Assembly (NCBI GenBank): GCA_963708075.1 | Contig: OY970194.1 | Location: 4,320,001-4,384,000, forward strand | DNA: 64,000 bases | Direction of reading: 5' to 3' | DNA from: Sedimentisphaerales bacterium | Lineage (GTDB): Bacteria; Planctomycetota; Phycisphaerae; Sedimentisphaerales; Anaerobacaceae | Part shown: in pieces, positions 43,899 to 51,985 of the stretch | How the letters are laid out: every line of letters starts with the position of its first letter | How positions within the stretch are numbered: position 1 is the first letter of the stretch | Translations under genes and position numbers: made by a program | Notes under the pieces: generated by a model | Seen by the model: the letters and a program-made list of their open reading frames with translations, nothing else | The model's database searches: none | Told to the model about the DNA's origin: nothing

Positions 43899-46800
43899 TC
43901 ACGGGCGGGTGTCGTCGATCTTCTTGTAGTGCTCCGCTTCCTTGTTCGATAGTCGTCCCTGCTCGATCAGGGTACGGATGCGTTGGAGGTCCACGTCTCT
44001 GGGCTGGCCCGCGACGCCGGCGGTGGCGGCCGGGCCCTCCAGCACTGTCGGCATCGCGCGGCGCAATTGACTGGTCGAGACACCCGCCATGAGCACGCCC
44101 GCGATCAAGACAATCGCGAGAAGCGGATACGGCGTGGTCCCTCGCGCAGAGACGCAGAATTTTGTATCTCCGCTCTGTGTGGCAGGGTGTCGGCAGCGGT
44201 CACAGTGGATGCAGTCTACGTGTTCGCTCGCCGTCACGCCGAATTCGCAGCGGCCGAACCGCTTGGCCGGCAGCCACCGCTTCAACAGCATGAAGTGATT
44301 CAGCAGCGATAGGAACGCCCCCGCCGGGCACAAGTACCGGCACCAGAAGCGAACGACCAATACGGAGCCGGCCAGTGCGATAATCAGGACGAGCCACATC
44401 CATCCAGGCCAACTCAGGATGCCCAGTGAAGACTGAAGACTGAAGATCCTGATGAGCGGATCGCCCGAGAGCGTTGTCCGGTTGCGAGACAGGAAGAACG
44501 CGAGGATCATCACGAAGAGCACGGCATAACGCACAAAGCGGGCAGGCCGCATTTGCGTGTCTGGAACAGCCGGCCTGAGACGTCGCGGCAGGAGGTATCC
44601 GAGCAGTTCCTGCGCCGCCCCGAAGGGACACACGTAGCCGCAATAGAGATTGCCGAAAAGGAGCACCAGCAGCGGCACGCCGAGGACCAGCAGGAATGCC
44701 CCGGTCCATCCCACCGCCGGCGTCTCCAGGGACAGCAGTGTCACGATCTGCTCGCTGGAGTATTGGGCGTTGAGCACGAGGCCGCCCAGGACGAGCGTGA
44801 GGATGAGCACTGCCAGCCGGCTCCGGAACCCGCCCCACAAGGTCACGAGGACGGCCGCCGCGAAAGCCAGTGGAAGATACAGGCCGGCGAGGTTCGGCAC
44901 ATATCGCATCCATGCCGCAGCAGGTTCGGAGTGTTCGCCGGGCGCTGCTATATTCTTGCCGAGCACCTGTACTGCGAATCGTCGCGATGATTCCCGCAGC
45001 GCCGCCAGGATGGCTTCGGAGCTGATCGTAGCGCCCGTGACCGTGTTGACGCCCGCGAACGGCTGAGGCACAAAGAGACTTCTTCCTTTGAGGCCGGTGA
45101 GCCAGCCACGGATGAGGTCGAGGTAGCTTGGCGTTTCGTTGGACTGTACGATCAGGAAATCGACGAGCGTGCCATTCTCGTCGATGTGCATCGCGAGGTT
45201 GATCTTTCCGCCGAAGCCCCGCACGGCGGGCGCAAAGTCGGCGGAGCTGAGAACATAGCCGGTCGGTGGTCCGCCGGCCTGTGAAAGAACGAAGTAGCGT
45301 GCGCGCTTGCCGCTGCCCGGCAATGTCACGGCTGCTTCCGTGGCATCCTGCCCCCCGGCCAGGACCTGCACGGCATACTCGGGCAAGGCTGATTGCAGTC
45401 GCGCGCTCGCCGCGGTCAATGCGTTGGAGCTGATGACGATCCACGCCGCGATGCCGAAGAGAGCGTATCCCGTGTATGCCATCCATGGCCGCCCGGTCCG
45501 CACCGAGGCGGCAGGCTCGCGCCGCCACAGGGCCGCACCAGCAGCCGGGACATTCGCCAGGAGGAGGCCAATGAGGGCCAGCAACGTTGTCGCCGTGCCC
45601 AGCACAGGCAGCATCAGCAGACTCGCCGCCAAGCCGCCGACACACGCCCCGAGGTGATCGGCGGTTTCCAGCCGGCTGCCCGCCTCGCCGGGGTGAAAGC
45701 CCGCAGCCGTGAGCCCTGCGGCGGCCAGCGGCCAGTAACCCCCGCAACACAAGCCGCACAGGACGAAGATTGCCGCAAACAACCCGTGTCCCCCCGGCCA
45801 TCGCGTAAGCCCCCCAGCCATCGCCGCCAGCACCAGGGCATGGAGCGCAACCAGGCCGAGGAGTAGAGATGCCGAATGTCGCGTTTCCATTTTGACCAGC
45901 CGCCCGACGAAGGCGGCCCCGATTGTCAGGCCGACCATGAAGAGCGCGGAGATCACACCGATGTGCAGGTACAGCGAGCCGAAGCGGGTCTCGTAGAGGT
46001 ACATCAGGACGATCACCACGGCGATGCTGACCCAGCCGGTGGAGAACACCAGGAATGAGCCGTCGAAACTCGATTTGCTCTCGCCCCGCTGCTTCGTCAT
46101 GGACCACGTACGGAGGGCAACGAAGACCAGGACAGCCGCGAAGAACGGCCACAAGCCTGCAAGCGCCAGCAGCCTGACGAGCCGGGTCACCGAGGCCCCG
46201 GATTGCCGTGCCGCCAGCAGGAGGCTGTACAGATGCGTCAAGGGATGCGAATCGCGGTTGATCAGCAGACCTGTCGGTAGATCGACCTTTTCGTATCGTG
46301 CCATTGCCTGTGCCGCCCGGTCGGGCAGGTAGATCGACAGCAGCCCGGCCGGTGGGAAAATCCGATCGGCGCCTTTCACGGCCGCAAAGCGGTCCCGCAG
46401 GGTCGCCGGGTCACCCGTGAGAGCCGGGGCATCCGAGGCCAGCAGCCACGTTTCGTCGCCCGGGACGAGGACCAGGTGTGCGAAGACCTTTTCAAGCGTC
46501 AACTTCACTGATGCGCCAAGTGCAGCCAGCTCCGCGCCCATCACGTTCTCGCCGCCCGCGACGCTCACGCTAAGCACTCCGCCCGGCGTCAGTGCCTCCT
46601 TGATCCGTGCAAACGACTCCACTGTGAAATAGCGGTTGGAGGCGGAGTTGGTCACATCCGGCAGGTTCAAAATGATGAGGTCAAAACGATCCGGCGTGCC
46701 GGCAAGATACGGACGCAGCTCCTCCACAACCGGCTGGAACCGATCGTCATCGATCTGAAACTGCGCCAGCACACACCCATGCACCCGCGCGACATACTCG

Positions 46801-47765
46801 CTATCCGCATGCGCCCAGGCGACGCGCTCGACTTGCGGCAACAAGAGGAACCGGCCGCACAGCCCAAGTCCCGAGCCGATGACAAGGACCCGCTTCGCGC
46901 CGGGCTTCTGACAGAGAGCCACAGCCGCCGCTTGTCCGGTCGCCTCGTTCGGCAGCGATTCGCACGCGGCCCCGTCGCGAACGACTACCCACTGACCATG
47001 GTACTCGCCGTAGAGGTATTCCGCCTGGGCCGTCTGCAAAGCGCCCCGATATGCATCCCGCGGAAGCAGCCTCGTCCACTTCAGAAGCCTCATCTGCTGC
47101 GCGAGATGGCCGTCCATCCCGCCGACCAGACCGAGAACGAATAGGAGCATGAAGACCAGAGAGACTCCTCTTGCAGCACGCGGCTTGGAGCCCACGCATA
47201 ATGACGCGAGCACCGATGCGGCCAAGGCAATCGTCACGAAGAAGATGAGTCGCACAGCGTCCACGTGCAGGGCCAGGAGCACCGTCACGGCAATGCCGCC
47301 GAGGAAGCTGCCGACCGCCTCAAGGATGTATACGCGGGAGACCGGGAAGGCCTGCATCTCTTCGATCCATCGGCAGGCCAGCGGGAACAGCAGGCCTGTC
47401 ACGAGACTCACCGGCGCATTGACGACCAGCGACCAGAAGACAATCGCCTGGACGGACATCAGATCGTAGGAGGCAAGGCCCGCCAGCCCGCGCACCTGGA
47501 GGATCAGCAGGAGCTGGATGGCGAGGGCGGGAATGTAGATCAGGAAGAGGAGCTCTATGTGCCGCAGGAGGACCTGTGCCAGGCGGCCCCAGCGGCGCAC
47601 CAGCATCGCGCCCAGGCCGATCCACAGGAACCACGAGCCGAAGAAGACGCCGACGCTGATGTCGTTACCTTCAAAGGCGGTGACGAACTCGCGGAACAGC
47701 AGGGTCTGTGCGACGACAGTGAACAGGCCGTATGCGACGATCAGTAGGCCGCGGGCGAATCTCAT
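43899..47765 (-). CDS. Membrane fusion: spermidine-synthase-like SAM domain + FMN-binding domain + NosR/NapH-type 4Fe-4S domain
   Basis: RVLVIGSGLG and FDLIILNLPD…ALTPGGVL; GFGG…SNETPSY…VTGATISS; CGYVCPFGA, CRYLCPAGA and CIHCDRC; many TM helices. Confidence 0.85.
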   Translation of the reverse strand: MRFARGLLIVAYGLFTVVAQTLLFREFVTAFEGNDISVGVFFGSWFLWIGLGAMLVRRWGRLAQVLLRHIELLFLIYIPALAIQLLLILQVRGLAGLASYDLMSVQAIVFWSLVVNAPVSLVTGLLFPLACRWIEEMQAFPVSRVYILEAVGSFLGGIAVTVLLALHVDAVRLIFFVTIALAASVLASLCVGSKPRAARGVSLVFMLLFVLGLVGGMDGHLAQQMRLLKWTRLLPRDAYRGALQTAQAEYLYGEYHGQWVVVRDGAACESLPNEATGQAAAVALCQKPGAKRVLVIGSGLGLCGRFLLLPQVERVAWAHADSEYVARVHGCVLAQFQIDDDRFQPVVEELRPYLAGTPDRFDLIILNLPDVTNSASNRYFTVESFARIKEALTPGGVLSVSVAGGENVMGAELAALGASVKLTLEKVFAHLVLVPGDETWLLASDAPALTGDPATLRDRFAAVKGADRIFPPAGLLSIYLPDRAAQAMARYEKVDLPTGLLINRDSHPLTHLYSLLLAARQSGASVTRLVRLLALAGLWPFFAAVLVFVALRTWSMTKQRGESKSSFDGSFLVFSTGWVSIAVVIVLMYLYETRFGSLYLHIGVISALFMVGLTIGAAFVGRLVKMETRHSASLLLGLVALHALVLAAMAGGLTRWPGGHGLFAAIFVLCGLCCGGYWPLAAAGLTAAGFHPGEAGSRLETADHLGACVGGLAASLLMLPVLGTATTLLALIGLLLANVPAAGAALWRREPAASVRTGRPWMAYTGYALFGIAAWIVISSNALTAASARLQSALPEYAVQVLAGGQDATEAAVTLPGSGKRARYFVLSQAGGPPTGYVLSSADFAPAVRGFGGKINLAMHIDENGTLVDFLIVQSNETPSYLDLIRGWLTGLKGRSLFVPQPFAGVNTVTGATISSEAILAALRESSRRFAVQVLGKNIAAPGEHSEPAAAWMRYVPNLAGLYLPLAFAAAVLVTLWGGFRSRLAVLILTLVLGGLVLNAQYSSEQIVTLLSLETPAVGWTGAFLLVLGVPLLVLLFGNLYCGYVCPFGAAQELLGYLLPRRLRPAVPDTQMRPARFVRYAVLFVMILAFFLSRNRTTLSGDPLIRIFSLQSSLGILSWPGWMWLVLIIALAGSVLVVRFWCRYLCPAGAFLSLLNHFMLLKRWLPAKRFGRCEFGVTASEHVDCIHCDRCRHPATQSGDTKFCVSARGTTPYPLLAIVLIAGVLMAGVSTSQLRRAMPTVLEGPAATAGVAGQPRDVDLQRIRTLIEQGRLSNKEAEHYKKIDDTRP

Positions 47766-49345
47766 TCCTGCTCACCGAAGACCTCGGCCTGGAAGACCTG
47801 GAAGCTCGCCCCGTCCTTCCAGGCGTCCGGGGTCAGCCCCGCCTTCATTGACAGGTTCGTCAGCGTCGTCTCCAGGTCCCAGCCCTGCTCCGGTGCAACC
47901 TGCGGCAGGAACACAGCCGAGCGGCCGTCCTTGCTCAGGACCACGCCGTCCGTGCCGATGCGAATTGCCTGGGCCGATGCCACGGGCGATGGCGGCGTCA
48001 GGGCCGAGATCTCGATCTTGATCTCACTACATTCATCCTTCTGCACCTGTGTGAATCGCCGATCGGCGAAGGCGGCGTAAATCGCGTTGGTGATCACGGA
48101 CTTGTACAAAGGCCGCTGCGGGAAGATATCGCCGATGCAGCCGCGCAGCTCGCCGCGTTTCTTCAACGTCACGAAGGCCGCCCGTGGAACCTTGACCGCC
48201 TCACTGCACGTGATGCCCAGGTCCGCCGGCTCAGGTATCCGCTGCTTGTCCAGGGTGTACAGGATCGTCTTTCGCGCCAGTGAGAGCAGGACCTTCTTGT
48301 CCTCGGGCGAGAGCACGCCGTTAGTCGCCTGTGCAGCGAGCGGCTGTGACGGCTGCCAGGCGCCGTGGAAGGCCGCCGAGACGTAGCTGACGGAGTTCGC
48401 GTAATCGTTCGTCAGCTCGCCGGAGGTGGTGTACTCGACCAATTGGGCCTCCGCCCCGCCGGGCAGCGCAGCAAGCAGGATTGAGATCGGCACGTAGCCG
48501 CAAATCGTGACGCCCGTCTTTTGCCTGTACTCCAGCAGGCCGCGAGGGTCTTTCTTGCTGATGAACGCGAACGCGTCCATGTCGAGCTTCTTGATGCTCG
48601 CCGGAATGTCCTTCGTGAACGGGGCATACTGATACTGCGGGCCGTAGTGGGTGAAATCGGAACTGGCGACCACCAGCGTGTCTTTGTCGATCAGGCCCGC
48701 CAGAATCTTGCCGGCTTGTGCGACAGTCTCGTAGGAGCACTGCCCCGCCACAATCGGCACGAGCTTGAAATCCCCGAGCTTGTATTGCAACAGCGGGATT
48801 TCGATCTGGACGCTGTGTTCCTGTTCGTGGGCCGCCGGCACGTCCTGGAATATCGGGTATTTCAGCAACTGCCGGACGAATTCCACGTCCAGCGGTACTT
48901 CGCCCAGCGGCGACTGGTAGTGCGTGGCTCGCATCACGCTGAGCATGTCCTCCATGGGCAGGCGATGCGTCGGGCCGATCACAATGACGCGGGTATAGTT
49001 GCGTCCGAGCGACTTGACGGCGTGGGCGGCGGTCCGGCCGGAGTACTTGTAGCCGGCATGCGGCAAGATCAGGCCGACGATGTCGTCACGAGCCTCCGCC
49101 TGGACCTGCTCGAAATAGCCTGCGATCTCCGCGCGCAGCGCGCCGGGATCAGCGGCGTACCACGTGCCCGCCAGCGTCGATCGCATCACCTCTTTCACTG
49201 GGCTCGCGGCGGCCTTGTCCTCTACCGCGACAGCTTTCGCCGCGGCCGGTTGCTCGGGTGTCGCCCTCCTGCATGAGATCATCCCGGCGCCTGCCAGCAG
49301 CAGAGCGATTACCGCCAGAATAGGCTTTTTCCACCATCGATTCAT
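47762..49345 (-). CDS. amrB: AmmeMemoRadiSam protein B (Memo)-protein A (AMMECR1) fusion with lipoprotein signal
   Basis: AGTWY, PHAGYKYSG, EHSVQI, SSDFTHYG and TICG, then AFVTL…LRGCIG, IEISAL and FLPQVA; N-terminus MNRWWKK-hydrophobic-ISC. Confidence 0.9.
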   Translation of the reverse strand: MNRWWKKPILAVIALLLAGAGMISCRRATPEQPAAAKAVAVEDKAAASPVKEVMRSTLAGTWYAADPGALRAEIAGYFEQVQAEARDDIVGLILPHAGYKYSGRTAAHAVKSLGRNYTRVIVIGPTHRLPMEDMLSVMRATHYQSPLGEVPLDVEFVRQLLKYPIFQDVPAAHEQEHSVQIEIPLLQYKLGDFKLVPIVAGQCSYETVAQAGKILAGLIDKDTLVVASSDFTHYGPQYQYAPFTKDIPASIKKLDMDAFAFISKKDPRGLLEYRQKTGVTICGYVPISILLAALPGGAEAQLVEYTTSGELTNDYANSVSYVSAAFHGAWQPSQPLAAQATNGVLSPEDKKVLLSLARKTILYTLDKQRIPEPADLGITCSEAVKVPRAAFVTLKKRGELRGCIGDIFPQRPLYKSVITNAIYAAFADRRFTQVQKDECSEIKIEISALTPPSPVASAQAIRIGTDGVVLSKDGRSAVFLPQVAPEQGWDLETTLTNLSMKAGLTPDAWKDGASFQVFQAEVFGEQE

Positions 49346-49346
49346 A

Positions 49347-49571
49347 TCAACCGCTCCACTTTGACTCTGTGTAAACGTCCCCCATCGGCACCACCCTGCC
49401 GGGGTACGTACCAGGTCTCGTAGGGTGGGCTGTGCCCACCATCTTTTGCTTATGCCCATAGGAATCGGTGGGCGAAGCCCACCCTACCGCGATGCAAGCC
49501 AGCAACCGCAAGCCAACAACGAACAGCCAAAGACCAGCAACCAATCTTCCGATGAAGCCTCTTCGCGTCAT
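49347..49571 (-). CDS. 74-aa twin-arginine-motif small protein
   Basis: Its ATG overlaps the amrS stop (ATGA) and its TGA lies 1 nt before the amrB ATG; reads MTRRGFIG…YPGRVVPMGDVYTESKWSG. Confidence 0.65.
   Translation of the reverse strand: MTRRGFIGRLVAGLWLFVVGLRLLACIAVGWASPTDSYGHKQKMVGTAHPTRPGTYPGRVVPMGDVYTESKWSG
49420..49487. repeat. GTAG-type REP doublet inside the small ORF
   Basis: GTAGGGTGGGCTGTGCCCACC…GGTGGGCGAAGCCCACCCTAC. Confidence 0.85.
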
Positions 49572-50605
49572 CTCCAGACTCCGTAGATTTCGTGCGTACA
49601 ATCGGGGCAGCGGCCATCCTTCAGGCGGCTCTGCAGAACGGAATTCCCGATCCGCTGGATCAGCAGCTTGTTGCAGCCCGGACAATATGTGTTCTGGCCC
49701 TTCTCGCTTCGCTGGTTCCCGATATAGACATACTTCATCCCCTCGCCAATCGCCAGATCGCGGGCCATCTCCAGGGTCTGCGCGGACGTCGGCGGCAGGT
49801 GTTGCATCTTGTACATCGGGAAGAAGCCCAAAAAGTGCAACGGCGTCTCGGCGCCCATGTTCGCCTTTACCCAGCGGGCCAGTTCCCGAATCTCCTCGGG
49901 CTTATCGTTCAACGTCGGGATCACGAGATTGGTCACTTCGACCAGCACGCCCATGGACTTGGCGACAACCATGGCCGTCTGGATGGGCTTCAAGGTCGCG
50001 GAGCACACGTCCCGGTAGAACGCATCCGAGATTGACTTGAGGTTGATGTTGGCGGCGTCGACGTACTCCAGGAGCTTTCGCCACGGGGCTTCATTGATGT
50101 AGGCGGCCGTCACGAGCACGTTGCGGAGGCCGGCTGTCTTCGCGAGCGTGGCCGTGTCATACGTGTACTCGTAGTACGTAATCGGCTCGGTGTAGGTGTA
50201 CGCGATGGACGGGCACTTGTACTGCCGGGCGAGCGCCACGACCTTCTCCGGGGGACACGCGACCGCCTGGCTCTCCTCCGGATTGGCCTGCGGAACCTCC
50301 CAGTTCTGGCAGTTCTTGCAGTGCAGGTTGCAGCCGACGGTGGCCAGCGAAAAAATCTGCGCGCCGGGCAGGAAATGAAACAGCGGCTTCTTCTCCATCG
50401 GGTCGATGTTCACCGAGCATGGATAACCGTACACTACGCAGCGCAGGACGCCGTCCACGTTCACGCGGACCCTGCACTCGCCGCTCTGACCGGGAGCGAT
50501 GACGCAGCCTTTCGGACACAGCTCGCACTCAACTTTGGATTTACGAATTGCCATTTGCGATTTACTATTTGCCCGGGTCCGCTGGGTGGCGGTCCCCGTG
50601 GCCAT
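49568..50605 (-). CDS. amrS: AmmeMemoRadiSam system radical SAM enzyme
   Basis: CELCPKGC…GECRVR, DPMEKKPLFHF, GCNLHCKNCQN, AYTYTEP and C-terminal CPGC…CPDC. Confidence 0.92.
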   Translation of the reverse strand: MATGTATQRTRANSKSQMAIRKSKVECELCPKGCVIAPGQSGECRVRVNVDGVLRCVVYGYPCSVNIDPMEKKPLFHFLPGAQIFSLATVGCNLHCKNCQNWEVPQANPEESQAVACPPEKVVALARQYKCPSIAYTYTEPITYYEYTYDTATLAKTAGLRNVLVTAAYINEAPWRKLLEYVDAANINLKSISDAFYRDVCSATLKPIQTAMVVAKSMGVLVEVTNLVIPTLNDKPEEIRELARWVKANMGAETPLHFLGFFPMYKMQHLPPTSAQTLEMARDLAIGEGMKYVYIGNQRSEKGQNTYCPGCNKLLIQRIGNSVLQSRLKDGRCPDCTHEIYGVWR

Positions 50606-50641
50606 TCATAAATCGTAATTCGTAATTCATAAATAGTAAAT
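50532..50641. repeat. Two inverted arrays of AT-rich degenerate heptamers
   Basis: 50532-50573 reads ACTTTGG ATTTACG AATTGCC ATTTGCG ATTTACT ATTTGCC; 50607-50641 reads CATAAAT CGTAATT CGTAATT CATAAAT AGTAAAT. Confidence 0.8.
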
Positions 50642-50653
50642 GGTGCTGCGGTC

Positions 50654-51835
50654 ATGAATTCGAAAGAGCGAGTATCGGCGGCGATGGACCACCGGGAGCC
50701 GGATCGCGTCCCGGTGATGTGCCAGTTGGCACTGGGCCACTATTTCCTTCACTGCAAGGCCAAGCCGTCGGATATCTGGTTCGACCCGGATACCTTTGCC
50801 GCCGCTTTGGTGGAGTTGCAGCGACGGTACAGGTTCGACGGCATCCTCGTGAATATCCCCGGCCGGCCCCCGGATTGGCGAGGCCAGATGAAATCCTGTC
50901 GAAAGGTCGCAGATCGCGAGTATCTGTACTGGAAATCAGGATTGGAGACGGTAGTCCCCCCGGATGACAATCCACAAACATCCGGGCCGGATGGGATACG
51001 GCTGGCTCGTGCCGACTACCGAACTGTCGATATCGATGATCCCGCCATCCAGCGGCTGCCGGGCTATGTATGGAACACCTGGCACATGCCGGAACTGTGG
51101 GGCATCGCGCGGGATGCGGACCTGTCCGACCCGGCCGCCTATCCAAAATGGTTCACCGGCGCGCTGGAGAAGGTGCAACAGTCAGCCCCGGATGTCTCGG
51201 TGCATGTGGAGGTGTTCTCGCCCTTTACACACCTGATGGAGCTCTTCGGCTATGAGCAGGCCCTCATGGCCCTGGTCGATTCGCCGCTCATCTGCCACAA
51301 AGCCTTGGCGATGTTCACGCGCGTGACGCTGGCCCAGGTGCAGTTGCACGCCGGGTGCAGGCCCGACGCCATTCTCGTCAGTTCCGCGTTCGCCGGTGCG
51401 GGATTCATCAGCCGCCAGATGTACAAGGAATTTGTCGCGCCGTACGAAGACGAGGTCTTCCGGGCCATTCGCGATCACGGCATCAAGTCCTACGTCCACA
51501 CATGCGGGGCCATCGGCGACCGCCTCGATTTGATGGCCGGGACGTCGGTGGACGGAATCGATACCCTGGACCCGCCGCCGCTGGGCACGGTGGACCTGGC
51601 GAAGGCAAAAGCAGACTATGGTGGGAGATTCTTCTTCAAGGGCAATCTCGACGCCGTCAACGAGATGCTCCACGCCGACGACGCGACATTCGAACGGGCC
51701 GTCCGGGACAGAATCGCCATCGGCAAGCCCGGCAGCGGCTATATTCTCTCCTCTGCCTGCAGCGTCGCCCCCCATGTCAGGCCAGAGAGACTCAAGAGAC
51801 TCATGGAGTTAGCGGAAAAGCACGGCCGCTATTGA
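50654..51835 (+). CDS. Uroporphyrinogen decarboxylase (URO-D)/MtaA-CmuA family protein
   Basis: MNSKERV…EPDRVPV, YVHTCG, KGNLD and GYILSSACSV. Confidence 0.85.
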   Translation: MNSKERVSAAMDHREPDRVPVMCQLALGHYFLHCKAKPSDIWFDPDTFAAALVELQRRYRFDGILVNIPGRPPDWRGQMKSCRKVADREYLYWKSGLETVVPPDDNPQTSGPDGIRLARADYRTVDIDDPAIQRLPGYVWNTWHMPELWGIARDADLSDPAAYPKWFTGALEKVQQSAPDVSVHVEVFSPFTHLMELFGYEQALMALVDSPLICHKALAMFTRVTLAQVQLHAGCRPDAILVSSAFAGAGFISRQMYKEFVAPYEDEVFRAIRDHGIKSYVHTCGAIGDRLDLMAGTSVDGIDTLDPPPLGTVDLAKAKADYGGRFFFKGNLDAVNEMLHADDATFERAVRDRIAIGKPGSGYILSSACSVAPHVRPERLKRLMELAEKHGRY

Positions 51836-51871
51836 TCCAGTCGGTCTTCGCGTGTACCATCTCTGACTGCC

Positions 51872-51949
51872 GGGTGCCATGTCCACGCGTGTGTGGACAT
51901 GTTCATCCGACAGCTACCGCATGCTTACGCGAGCGTAAGCATGGCACCC
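51872..51949. repeat. REP-doublet family B
   Basis: Homolog of 43804. Confidence 0.85.
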
Positions 51950-51985
51950 GATGATACGTGTGGAGTCCATGGGAGCATCACAAAC

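Noticed and set aside
49346..49459. Extended N-terminus of AmrB/A given in the ORF track
   Set aside because: The extension is REP-derived; the ATG at 49345 gives a clean lipoprotein signal and translational coupling.
50461..50655. ORF MTAAPFTIYELRITIYE…
   Set aside because: It is a translation of the heptamer array overlapping amrS in another frame.
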